Part shown: in pieces, positions 1 through 10,780 of the stretch
Layout of the letters: every line of letters starts with the position of its first letter
Position numbering within the stretch: the stretch's first letter is position 1
Assembly (NCBI GenBank): GCA_039630345.1
Contig: JBCNVD010000004.1
Coordinates: forward strand, 1 to 10,782
Direction: 5' to 3'
DNA: 10,782 bases
Source of the DNA: Aquificaceae bacterium
Lineage (GTDB): Bacteria > Aquificota > Aquificia > Aquificales > Aquificaceae
The notes under the pieces: model-generated
The model's database searches: none
Told to the model about the DNA's origin: nothing
Seen by the model: the letters and a program-made list of their open reading frames with translations, nothing else
Made by a program: the position numbers and the translations under genes

Positions 1-296
1 GCTCCTGCAATAGCAAGCAGACTTAGATTTCTCAGGGGTATAAAAACCTCCTTGGTGCGAAGGGTCTTAACAGGGAAGGAGCTGACCCTTATTGGCATCA
101 GGTTTTTGTATCTCAGGCGGGTAAAGCGCCAGAGTCTCTGAGCGTTTTTCAGTTCCAGCTCTTCCCATGGGTGACCCGCACGAATATATAGAGGATAGAC
201 AATATCTCCTCTTCTGAGGTGATAATATAGCAAGCAGGTGCTTTCAACCCCTCCGCTAAATAAAACCACTACCTTATTCACATTCGCCACAGACAT
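1..296 (-). CDS. QueC/ExsB-like PP-loop ATPase (7-cyano-7-deazaguanine synthase family, divergent); only the N-terminal part is in the window
   Basis: Manual translation from ATG 296 (or GTG 281): MSVANVNKVVVLFSGGVESTCLLYYHLRRGDIVYPLYIRAGHPWEELELKNAQRLWRFTRLRYKNLMPIRVSSFPVKTLRTKEVFIPLRNLSLLAIAG..., open to the window edge. It has the PP-loop VVLFSGGxES and FIPLRNL, matching QueC's (F/Y)VPxRN motif. It overlaps the stop of the upstream SDR gene. Confidence 0.8.
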   Translation of the reverse strand, partial: MSVANVNKVVVLFSGGVESTCLLYYHLRRGDIVYPLYIRAGHPWEELELKNAQRLWRFTRLRYKNLMPIRVSSFPVKTLRTKEVFIPLRNLSLLAIAG

Positions 297-1005
297 GCCT
301 TCCGCTATCGAGATTAATAATCTCCCCGGTCATTGAGTTGACCCTGAGGAGAAAGAGAGAGAGCTCTAGTATATCCTCAATAGAAACTTCCCGCTTTAGC
401 GGGGTTTTGAGAATATAACTTTCCCAGAGTTCTTGACTGAAGTGCTCTGGCTTAAGCACAGGTCCAAGGGCTATGGCATTAACCAGTATGTGAGGGGCGA
501 GCTCTCTGGCCAGAACTTTTACGCAGGTATGCAAAGCCCCCTTTGCCAGAAAGTAAGCGCTAAAGCCCCTATAGGGAGTGGTGTTTGTTGCCCAATCGCC
601 AAAGGCGATGATTCTTGCCTTGATAGGTCCTTCGTTTTTTAGCATGTAAGGTAGGCAACTTTGAACCATAAGGAAAAAAGACAGAGCAATGGGGTTCATA
701 TGCCCCATAAGGTCTGACTCGCTTACATTACCAAAAGGCGTTGGCACATAAGGGCTTGCAAGGTGCAAAAGGCAATCCACCCCGCCAAGAGCCTGCAAAA
801 GCTGATCTGTTGATTCTTTTGCACTCTCGAGACTATCAAGGTCTGCCTGAATGGCTATGACATTTTTACCAAACTCTGATTCAAGGCTCTTTACGCTATC
901 ACTTTTGGTTTTATATATAATTCCGACCTGATAGTTATCTTCTAGTAGTCTTTTTGCAATCCAGTAGCCTATCCTCCTCACCCCTGTGATGATGGCTCTT
1001 TTCAT
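274..1005 (-). CDS. Short-chain dehydrogenase/reductase, pteridine reductase (PTR1/FolM)-like
   Basis: 243 aa. Nucleotide-binding loop TGVRRIG (pteridine reductases have TGxxxRIG), catalytic YFLAK (YxxxK) preceded by D..P.Y, ARELAPHILVNAIALG, and C-terminal TGEIINLDSG. Confidence 0.8.
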   Translation of the reverse strand: MKRAIITGVRRIGYWIAKRLLEDNYQVGIIYKTKSDSVKSLESEFGKNVIAIQADLDSLESAKESTDQLLQALGGVDCLLHLASPYVPTPFGNVSESDLMGHMNPIALSFFLMVQSCLPYMLKNEGPIKARIIAFGDWATNTTPYRGFSAYFLAKGALHTCVKVLARELAPHILVNAIALGPVLKPEHFSQELWESYILKTPLKREVSIEDILELSLFLLRVNSMTGEIINLDSGRHVCGECE

Positions 1006-1014
1006 CAGTTTAGG

Positions 1015-1020
1015 ATTATA
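1015..1020 (-). promoter_or_regulatory. Putative sigma70 -10 box for the SDR gene (near-leaderless)
   Basis: Minus strand reads TATAAT-cctaaactg-ATG(1005). Perfect consensus, containing the DinG stop codon. No Shine-Dalgarno and no convincing -35. Confidence 0.55.
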
Positions 1021-2911
1021 AATTAAGCTTTTTATAAAAACTTGAGACTCCTAACTCTTTAAGCACTTTTTCAAACTTTTTAAATTTAGAAATTCGCCCG
1101 TCACAGAGTATAACTGTGCCTCTATCCTCTGAAGAGCGCATCATCCTGCCAAATCCCTGACGGAACTTTATAACAGCCTTTCGCATCTGATACTCAAAAG
1201 AATCTGACCCATGCCTTTGCAAATACAGGCTTCTATGAAAAGTTATGGGCTCTTTTGGGTTTTCAAATGGCAACTTTGACATTAAAATTCCCTTCTCGCC
1301 TCTAATATCAAGACCAAACCACATACTATCAAGCCCCACCAGAGCTCTTAAGCGATTCTCAGAGATGTCTCTAACGAGCTTTGAAAGAGGGGCATCTCCC
1401 TGAAGCGCAACGCCTCTGTAGTTTCTAAATAGCTCCAGATGTTCTCTGTTGGTTAAGAGCACAAGAACCTTTCCATGGATTTTAAGTAGCTCTTCAAAGG
1501 CAAAGATAAGACAGTCTTTCCATCTATCTTCCCTTGGGTCTACATCGTATGTTATAAAGCTAACTCTGGAATAATCAAAAGAGTGCATAAGTTTTCTAAA
1601 CTCTCCCTCAAATCCGATGGTTAACTCAAGGTCTTTCTCATCAAGCGTTGCAGAGACTAAAACAGCGCCTTTAAAACTCTTAAAATCTATCGCACCTCTT
1701 GGGAAAACAGGAAAGCTCTCAAGGTAGTAGTTATAACCCTGAAGCCTTTTGCTATAAGTTCTCTTTACAAGATAGCCCCTATCCTGAGATTTTCCCATCA
1801 TAATATCAAGAAAACTCTCCAATCTGGCTATTCGCCTTGAGACTCTTTCGTAGTTTTTAACAGAGTTTAGTATCTCTAGCTCTTTGCCAGTTAGCTCCTC
1901 CTGACCTGCCTGCAACCTAAGGAGCTCAGACCAGTCAATTAATCCCGTGCTTTGTAGATAGTCTTTAAACTCAATGCTGACAAAAAGAACGCTTGAGAAA
2001 TAATCTTTCAGGATGTTTTTGAGCTTTTCTCTTGCTTTTCCAAGTGCTTCTTTTAGCTTTGATAAAATCTCATCCCTAAAAGGAGCTACAAAGCTCTCAA
2101 GAGTCTCAACGCACAGCTCATCAACGCCGGGCCTGAAAATCGGCTCTACATAGCGGGTGAAAAACCCCTCTACATCGAGCTCAAACCCGACAAATTCACT
2201 TATCCAGGGCAGGATGTCAAACCTTATAAGGTAGGTAGAGATGCCCTCGGTCAAACCAGAAGTTAGATGCTTATCAAGCTCGTGAGCTTCGTCGACTATC
2301 AAAACTCTTTCTTCGCTGTCTTCAAACTCTCTAAGAGCAAGCAGAGCGTGGTTAACTACTAGCACCTGAGCTCTTTTTTCAAGGAGTTTTAAATTGCCCC
2401 AGTAGTAGCATCGCTGTCTATTAGGGCAAATTTTTCTATATCCAGAGCTGCAATAATCATCGTCTATGCTGATTCTAGAGACCAAATCCGGGCTAAGCTC
2501 CAAAAACTCAAAATCCCCGTCCCATTCTGACTCAATCGCAGCTTTTAGCTCTGCCGGCACCTCTTCAGGCTTTAAAGACCTAAATCTATCAAGACACATG
2601 TAGTTTGACTTACCCTTTAGAATCAAATAGCTAACTTCTTTTCCCGTAAGGTAATGATACTTTCCTCTTAAAAACTCAAGGTCTTTCCTTAGTTGCTCCT
2701 GAAGAAGCTTTGTGCCAGTTGAAATAATTGCCTTTTGTCCACTTTCTATAATCGGAATAAGATAACCATAGGTCTTGCCAGTTCCCGTGGGTGCCTCTAT
2801 AGCAAAAATCCCCCCTTCTTCTATAGTGGAATTGACTATTTTAAATAGCTCTTCCTGAGACTTTCTTTTCTCAAGCCCGCTTTTTAGCAAAAACTGATAA
2901 ATTATGCTCAT
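1016..2911 (-). CDS. ATP-dependent DNA helicase, DinG/YoaA (XPD-like SF2) family with Fe-S cysteines
   Basis: 631 aa. Q motif (RKSQ), Walker A EAPTGTGKT, Ia ISTGTKLLQEQL, KGKSNYMC, four Cys (C106, C154, C162, C168), VVNHALL, DEAH, SATL, KLPF, motif VI QGFGRMMRSSEDRG. SD AAGGAG 5 nt upstream; ATGA overlap with the GT gene. Confidence 0.92.
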   Translation of the reverse strand: MSIIYQFLLKSGLEKRKSQEELFKIVNSTIEEGGIFAIEAPTGTGKTYGYLIPIIESGQKAIISTGTKLLQEQLRKDLEFLRGKYHYLTGKEVSYLILKGKSNYMCLDRFRSLKPEEVPAELKAAIESEWDGDFEFLELSPDLVSRISIDDDYCSSGYRKICPNRQRCYYWGNLKLLEKRAQVLVVNHALLALREFEDSEERVLIVDEAHELDKHLTSGLTEGISTYLIRFDILPWISEFVGFELDVEGFFTRYVEPIFRPGVDELCVETLESFVAPFRDEILSKLKEALGKAREKLKNILKDYFSSVLFVSIEFKDYLQSTGLIDWSELLRLQAGQEELTGKELEILNSVKNYERVSRRIARLESFLDIMMGKSQDRGYLVKRTYSKRLQGYNYYLESFPVFPRGAIDFKSFKGAVLVSATLDEKDLELTIGFEGEFRKLMHSFDYSRVSFITYDVDPREDRWKDCLIFAFEELLKIHGKVLVLLTNREHLELFRNYRGVALQGDAPLSKLVRDISENRLRALVGLDSMWFGLDIRGEKGILMSKLPFENPKEPITFHRSLYLQRHGSDSFEYQMRKAVIKFRQGFGRMMRSSEDRGTVILCDGRISKFKKFEKVLKELGVSSFYKKLNL

Positions 2912-3987
2912 TCTAACTCCTTTAAAAGCTCTACATATCTATCCACGGTCTTTTCGATAGAATAATTCCTTGCAGTATTAATTGCGCTCTTTATAATAAG
3001 AGACTTTTCCTCCTCAGAGATTAGAAGCGCCCTTTGCATACCTTTAAAAAGTGAGAGCGCGTCCCCTACGGGGACGCAGATTGAATTCTCCCCATCTTTT
3101 AAATACTCCCCTATGCCCCCTGCAAGCGAGGATATAACCAAAAGCCCGCAAGCCATAGCCTGAAGCACCGCCCCCGCAATTCCCTCAAAACGCGAGGAAA
3201 AGACAAAGTAATCAGCAGCCTGAAAAAGGTTTTCCAAATCGCTCCTGAAACCAAGCCCTATGACATTATCCAAACCAAGAGCTTTTGCATACGCAATCCC
3301 TTCTTTATTGGTTCTTTCCCCAACAAGCAACAGAGTGCATCTTTTGCACTCAAGCATCTTAAAAGCCTGAATTAAAATGTCCTGACCTTTGTGCTTTAAA
3401 TCCCAGTTTGCAACGTTTATAAAAACTATCCTATCCCGGGAAATTCCTAAAGAGTCCCTGACCTTAGCTCTTAGAGCTCTATTTGGAAAGAATCGCTTAA
3501 GGTCAAGTCCACTTGGGATGTAAACTAGCTTTTCAGGATAAAAACCGCTATTTTTTAGATTTTCTAGGGTCTTTTTATCAACCACGACTATCCTGTCGGC
3601 AAATCTATACTTAAGGGTTTTTGAAAGCCAGCTTGAGCCAAGACCTGTTCTTTTATAGGCAATTACCTTAGGAGCTGGCTTTAAAAAAACTATAGCAGGC
3701 AAACACATATCAAATGAATGAGGGGAGTTTGCAATCAAAACATCGGGCTTTAGTCTCTTTATGAGTTGAAAAACATCAAAAAAACTGCGAAAGCTACTTC
3801 GCGAAAATGCACCTTTCATTAAGTGAGAGTTAATTCTTTCATCAACTAGCTGTCTCATTCTGAAATTTAACTCGCTAAAGGCAAGATGAACCTCAATTCC
3901 TCTTTCTGAAAGACCTCTTGCTATTAAAAAGGTTTGCTCCTTTGTTCCGCTCCAGCCAGTGCCGTCAACTACAGATAGCACTCTCAT
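2908..3987 (-). CDS. Glycosyltransferase family 4 (GT-B fold, RfaB/RfaG-like)
   Basis: N-terminal MRVLSVVDGTGWSGTKEQ, IPSGLDLKRF, KGQDILIQAF, GFRSDLENLFQAADYFVFSSRFEGIAGAVLQAMACG (GT4 E-x7-E motif, second position Q). ATG 3987 preferred over the ORF-track TTG at 3996. Confidence 0.9.
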   Translation of the reverse strand: MRVLSVVDGTGWSGTKEQTFLIARGLSERGIEVHLAFSELNFRMRQLVDERINSHLMKGAFSRSSFRSFFDVFQLIKRLKPDVLIANSPHSFDMCLPAIVFLKPAPKVIAYKRTGLGSSWLSKTLKYRFADRIVVVDKKTLENLKNSGFYPEKLVYIPSGLDLKRFFPNRALRAKVRDSLGISRDRIVFINVANWDLKHKGQDILIQAFKMLECKRCTLLLVGERTNKEGIAYAKALGLDNVIGLGFRSDLENLFQAADYFVFSSRFEGIAGAVLQAMACGLLVISSLAGGIGEYLKDGENSICVPVGDALSLFKGMQRALLISEEEKSLIIKSAINTARNYSIEKTVDRYVELLKELE

Positions 3988-4008
3988 CTGATACAATTGA
4001 GTATCTTA
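3988..4008. promoter_or_regulatory. Putative bidirectional promoter region between divergent genes
   Basis: Plus strand TG-a-TACAAT (extended -10, 3989-3997); minus strand TAAGAT (4008-4003) with CTGATA 16 nt upstream; inverted repeat GATAC-N6-GTATC (3990-4005). Confidence 0.5.
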
Positions 4009-7227
<3,219 letters not shown>

Positions 7228-7230
7228 AAG

Positions 7231-9069
7231 CTAAATTCTAAATGGCTTTATTCTGATTGCAACCTCGTCTGGCTGAATCACCTCTCCAACAGAAACCAGA
7301 ACTTCCTCCACTATCCCGTCAACAGGGCTATTTACTTCGTTTTCCATTTTCATGGCCTCGACTATAAATAAAACGTCCCCTTCTTTAACCTCCTGACCTA
7401 CATTGACTTTTATATTCACCACCTTGCCAGAAATCGGAGAGGCGACATCTCCTACCCCTACTGGCTTTCCTCTCTTTGGAAGGACTTCTACCCCCGGGCT
7501 AATCTCTCCATAAGAGCCCGGCAGGGCATGGACCTCTCTTATGGGTTTTATCAAAACCTCTTCAAGTTTCCCATCAAGTCTTATAAAGAAGGGTCTTCCC
7601 TCCGCTACGGGCTCACCTCTGCCTGCTATTTGCACATGATACTGCTCTCCGTGAACGGTTAATATAAACTCAACAGGAATACCCTCCTTTTGCTCCTGGG
7701 GTTGAGAACTCACCTGGGTTTGAACCTCGCCACTCTTTAGGAACTCAAGAAATTCCTTGGTCACGATTGGAAATAGCGCATAAGACAAAACATCAAGCTC
7801 GTCGCGAGCTCCTATCCTCATTGCCTCCTCGCGAGCTTTATCAAGCTCTGGCTCAAGAAGGTCGGCGGGTCTTTTATCATAAATTGGCTCTTCAGAGCCA
7901 AGTATCCTCCTCATTACCTCTTCATTAACAGGGGCCGGGGGTCTACCATAGAGTCCTTTTATATAATCCCTGACCTCTTTGGTAAAGACTTTGTATCTCT
8001 CGCCATGCAGAACATTCAAAAAAGCCTGAGAGCCAACTATCTGGCTGGTTGGGGTAACAAGTGGGGGAAAGCCAAAGTCTTCGCGCACTTTTATGACTTC
8101 CTCAAGAACCTCGGCGAGTCTATCCTCCATCCCCTGCTCTCTTAGCTGGCTTATAAAATTCGTTATCATACCCCCAGGAACCTGATGGAGCAAAACCCCA
8201 ACATCAGGATATGGCTCAAGCACATCAAAGCGTGCATACCTTTTCCTAACTTTCGCGAAAATATCCCCAGCTTTTTTATAAAGAGTTTCGTCAACTCCGA
8301 TCTTATAGCCAAACTCTCTAAGAACAAACACCATCGTCTCACCGGGCGGATGCGAGGTCTGGCAGGATAGACTATAACAAACCGTATCTATCATATCAGC
8401 CCCTGCTTCTATTGCCTTGAGCTGAGCCATCTGGGCAAGGTCTGCGGTAGTTTGAGTATGCAAATGCACGGGAAAGTTAGAAAACTCACCCTTTAGAGCT
8501 TTTACAAGCTCATAAGCACGCTTTGGAGATAAAATTCCTGCCTGGTCTTTAATTGAGATTATGTCAATGCCAAGATCCACAAGCTCCCTTGCAACTTTTA
8601 CATAGTATTCAACAGTGTGAACAGGGCTTATGCTGTAGGATAAAACGCCTTTTACTATAGCACCTACCTTTTTTGCAACCTTAATGGAAGTTTCCATATT
8701 TCTGACATCATTTAAAGCATCAAAGATTCTAAAAACTGATATCCCGTTATCAAAAGCCGCCTTTACAAAACTCTCCACCACATCATCGGCATAGTGGCGA
8801 TAGCCAACGACATTCTGACCCCTTAGGAGCATCTCAAGTCTGGTGTTTTTGGCAACTTCTCTAAACTTCTTTAACCTCTCCCAGGGGTCTTCTTTAAGAT
8901 ACCTAAGGCACACATCAAAAGTGGCACCGCCCCAGACCTCGAGGGACCAAAAACCACATCTATCAAGCACCTCGAGAGTCTCGAGCATATCCTCTGTCCT
9001 TACGCGCGTAGCCAGCAGCGACTGAACCCCGTCCCTTAGGGACACATCCGTTATCTCTATGCGTCTCAT
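7231..9069 (-). CDS. pycB: Pyruvate carboxylase subunit B / oxaloacetate decarboxylase alpha family (carboxyltransferase + biotin carrier)
   Basis: 612 aa. LRDGVQSLLATR, EVWGGATFDVCLRYLKEDPWERL, MLLRGQNVVGYRHYADDVV, FRIFDALND, IKDQAG, HQVPGGM, PPLVTPTSQIVG and biotinylation motif EAMKM. The family is secure; pycB versus oadA is inferred from the absence of adjacent oadG/oadB and the likely taxon. Confidence 0.85.
   Translation of the reverse strand: MRRIEITDVSLRDGVQSLLATRVRTEDMLETLEVLDRCGFWSLEVWGGATFDVCLRYLKEDPWERLKKFREVAKNTRLEMLLRGQNVVGYRHYADDVVESFVKAAFDNGISVFRIFDALNDVRNMETSIKVAKKVGAIVKGVLSYSISPVHTVEYYVKVARELVDLGIDIISIKDQAGILSPKRAYELVKALKGEFSNFPVHLHTQTTADLAQMAQLKAIEAGADMIDTVCYSLSCQTSHPPGETMVFVLREFGYKIGVDETLYKKAGDIFAKVRKRYARFDVLEPYPDVGVLLHQVPGGMITNFISQLREQGMEDRLAEVLEEVIKVREDFGFPPLVTPTSQIVGSQAFLNVLHGERYKVFTKEVRDYIKGLYGRPPAPVNEEVMRRILGSEEPIYDKRPADLLEPELDKAREEAMRIGARDELDVLSYALFPIVTKEFLEFLKSGEVQTQVSSQPQEQKEGIPVEFILTVHGEQYHVQIAGRGEPVAEGRPFFIRLDGKLEEVLIKPIREVHALPGSYGEISPGVEVLPKRGKPVGVGDVASPISGKVVNIKVNVGQEVKEGDVLFIVEAMKMENEVNSPVDGIVEEVLVSVGEVIQPDEVAIRIKPFRI
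7235..7262 (-). promoter_or_regulatory. Putative sigma70 promoter for a leaderless response-regulator transcript
   Basis: Minus strand TTGCAA (7262-7257), 16 nt, TAGAAT (7240-7235), 7 nt, ATG(7227). Lies inside the 3' end of the upstream CDS; no SD. Confidence 0.6.
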
Positions 9070-9071
9070 CT

Positions 9072-10016
9072 TCAGATTATAAAACGCGCCTTCGGCGCAA
9101 AGTGATCAAAACCAAAATCCCCCACAGGACCAATGCCTTTTATGTAAACGCCCTCTCCTTCAACAACCCTGCCAATTTGTTGCATACTTAGAAAAACATT
9201 AACAGAGCTCTCGCTCTGAGTCCAAAGAAGCTCATAATCCTCACCGCCATAGAGCGCAAACTCCAATGGGTTTTTGCTGTTTAAGCTGGCATACATCTTT
9301 AACTCCCTGGAGATGGGAATCTTTTCCAGATCGAGCTCTATACCAACCTTGCTCCTCTTTGCAAGTCTATATATGTCTTTTAAAAGCCCGTCGCTTATAT
9401 CCATGCACGCACTTGCGTATCTTACTATATGTTCAAGCATGTCAATTCTTGCAGTGGGTCTTAAGTGCCTCTGAATAAGCAGCTTTTCAAACTCCTTAAG
9501 CTCTTTTTTGTCAGAGAGCAAAATCTCAAGCCCTGCTTTTGAATCTCCCAAAGTTCCGCTTACGAAAACGCCCTCGCCCGGAGAGGCACCGCTTCGCCTT
9601 AGAGCTCTCTTTGTAAGCCCAACCATAAAAACATCCACGGCTATAAAATCGCCAGAGCTTAAATTTCCACCAACTACCTCAAGTCCGTAAAACTCACAGG
9701 CACTTTTTATCCCTTCATATAGGCTCTCAAAATAGGAAACTTCCATATCAGGAGTGGAAATACTCACAAGCGCCCAGAGAGGACTTGCACCGCTTGCTAC
9801 TATGTCGCTGACATTTACCGAAATTGCCTTCCAGCCAACAAACGAAGGCGCATAAGCTCTTAAAAAGTGTCTGCCTTCAATTAAAGCATCACATGTAAGA
9901 GAGAGCTCAAGACCATTTATGCTAACATGCGCAGTATCATCACCTATGTGGCGGGAATTTAATATTTTTATGATTTTATCTATTAGACCATCTTCGCCGA
10001 TGTCAGATAGTTTCAT
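9072..10016 (-). CDS. thiL: Thiamine-monophosphate kinase
   Basis: IGEDGLI, IGDDTA, DALIEGRHF, GWKAISVNVSDIVASGA, VGGNLS, SGTLGDS, MDISDGL, GGEDYELL, terminal FDHF. SD GAGGAG 5 nt upstream; ATGA overlap with the upstream gene. Confidence 0.97.
   Translation of the reverse strand: MKLSDIGEDGLIDKIIKILNSRHIGDDTAHVSINGLELSLTCDALIEGRHFLRAYAPSFVGWKAISVNVSDIVASGASPLWALVSISTPDMEVSYFESLYEGIKSACEFYGLEVVGGNLSSGDFIAVDVFMVGLTKRALRRSGASPGEGVFVSGTLGDSKAGLEILLSDKKELKEFEKLLIQRHLRPTARIDMLEHIVRYASACMDISDGLLKDIYRLAKRSKVGIELDLEKIPISRELKMYASLNSKNPLEFALYGGEDYELLWTQSESSVNVFLSMQQIGRVVEGEGVYIKGIGPVGDFGFDHFAPKARFII
9076..9081 (-). promoter_or_regulatory. Putative -10 box for a leaderless pycB transcript
   Basis: Minus strand TATAAT-ctgaag-ATG(9069). 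Perfect consensus with 6-nt spacing, which places +1 on the A of ATG. Inside the thiL 3' end; no SD. Confidence 0.6.
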
Positions 10017-10780
10017 AATAGCTCCTCTATGAGCTCAAAGTTTCTTAGAGCTCTTTTAAGCCCTTCTTTTTCTAATTTTCCCTCGATAAAAGCATCAAGC
10101 ATCTTATCAAGTCTATCCCAGCTTCCCTCAGATACTACCTGACCTGACTTTAAAACCTTGTCCAGAGAAAAATCATAAGTTATGAAAGAATCTATGCGCC
10201 ACAGCCTCATGGGGGAAGGATGCTCCCATGCAACCGCAAGTGAAAACTCAATCTCGTCCAGAAAGCCCTTTATTACCCATATGTTATTCCTGCGCGTAAG
10301 CGCGCTTAGTGTAATTTCTCCAAGTGTTTGTAAAAGATAAAGATCATGCCACGCAAGGTCATAAATGGGGGAAAGATATCCTTTTGTTTTCCCAAATCTG
10401 TAAATGTCGAGTGAGGTTCTTGGTTTTTGAAGAAGATTGGCGCATAGGCTAAATCTCTCTATTTCAGAAACCCTGAGATTTTCGTAATTATATATGCTTA
10501 AAAATTCCTCAAGACTAGTTGCGGGGGGTTTTTCAACCAAAACCCTGATGCCTCTTTGAAGAAGTGTTTGGCAAACCCTAACATGCCCGGATGGATCTAT
10601 TGCAACAATTGCAATCTCATAATCCTCTTCAAGAGCGTCATCGAGGTTTGAAAAAAACCTCACCCCCTCCACCTTTTTTGAAGGGTCTAAATCACACAAA
10701 GAGACATCTATCCCTTTTGATGTTAGTTTCTGAAGGTATTTTCTCCCCATTCTTCCCCCGCCTATTAAGAGAGCTTTCAT
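10013..10780 (-). CDS. Gfo/Idh/MocA family NAD(P)-dependent oxidoreductase
   Basis: 255 aa. IGGGRMG Rossmann loop, H...VLVEKP, EIERF, DLAWHD (DxxxH). Confidence 0.88.
   Translation of the reverse strand: MKALLIGGGRMGRKYLQKLTSKGIDVSLCDLDPSKKVEGVRFFSNLDDALEEDYEIAIVAIDPSGHVRVCQTLLQRGIRVLVEKPPATSLEEFLSIYNYENLRVSEIERFSLCANLLQKPRTSLDIYRFGKTKGYLSPIYDLAWHDLYLLQTLGEITLSALTRRNNIWVIKGFLDEIEFSLAVAWEHPSPMRLWRIDSFITYDFSLDKVLKSGQVVSEGSWDRLDKMLDAFIEGKLEKEGLKRALRNFELIEELL

Noticed and set aside
1..296. Assigning the PP-loop ORF as MnmA, ThiI, TilS or ArgG
   Set aside because: The downstream FIPLRNL matches QueC's PxRN motif, and motifs or extra N-terminal domains of the other families are not visible.
433..642. 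69-aa plus-strand ORF
   Set aside because: Antisense shadow within the SDR gene; no recognisable motif.
1016..2911. CasDinG of a type IV CRISPR system
   Set aside because: No cas genes or repeat-spacer array in the window; it looks like a chromosomal Fe-S DinG/YoaA.
7792..7848. Short direct repeats ATCAAGCTC x2 and TCGCGAGCT x2
   Set aside because: 9-mers within coding sequence, partly explained by repeated Glu-Leu-Asp and Ala-Arg codons; not an array.
8971..8985. Palindrome CTCGAGA-G-TCTCGAG
   Set aside because: Within pycB, encodes Leu-Glu-Thr-Leu-Glu; a 1-nt loop and no U-tract, so probably a codon coincidence.
7231..9069. 2-oxoglutarate carboxylase large subunit (cfiA)
   Set aside because: As I recall, CfiA has an N-terminal extension and different motifs (QCKLATR-like); this protein has the pyruvate/oxaloacetate-type QSLLATR and GYRHYADD. 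Not confirmed by alignment.
8185..9690. Plus-strand ORFs 8185-8370, 8843-9025, 9266-9478, 9274-9474 and 9508-9690
   Set aside because: Antisense shadows of pycB and thiL.
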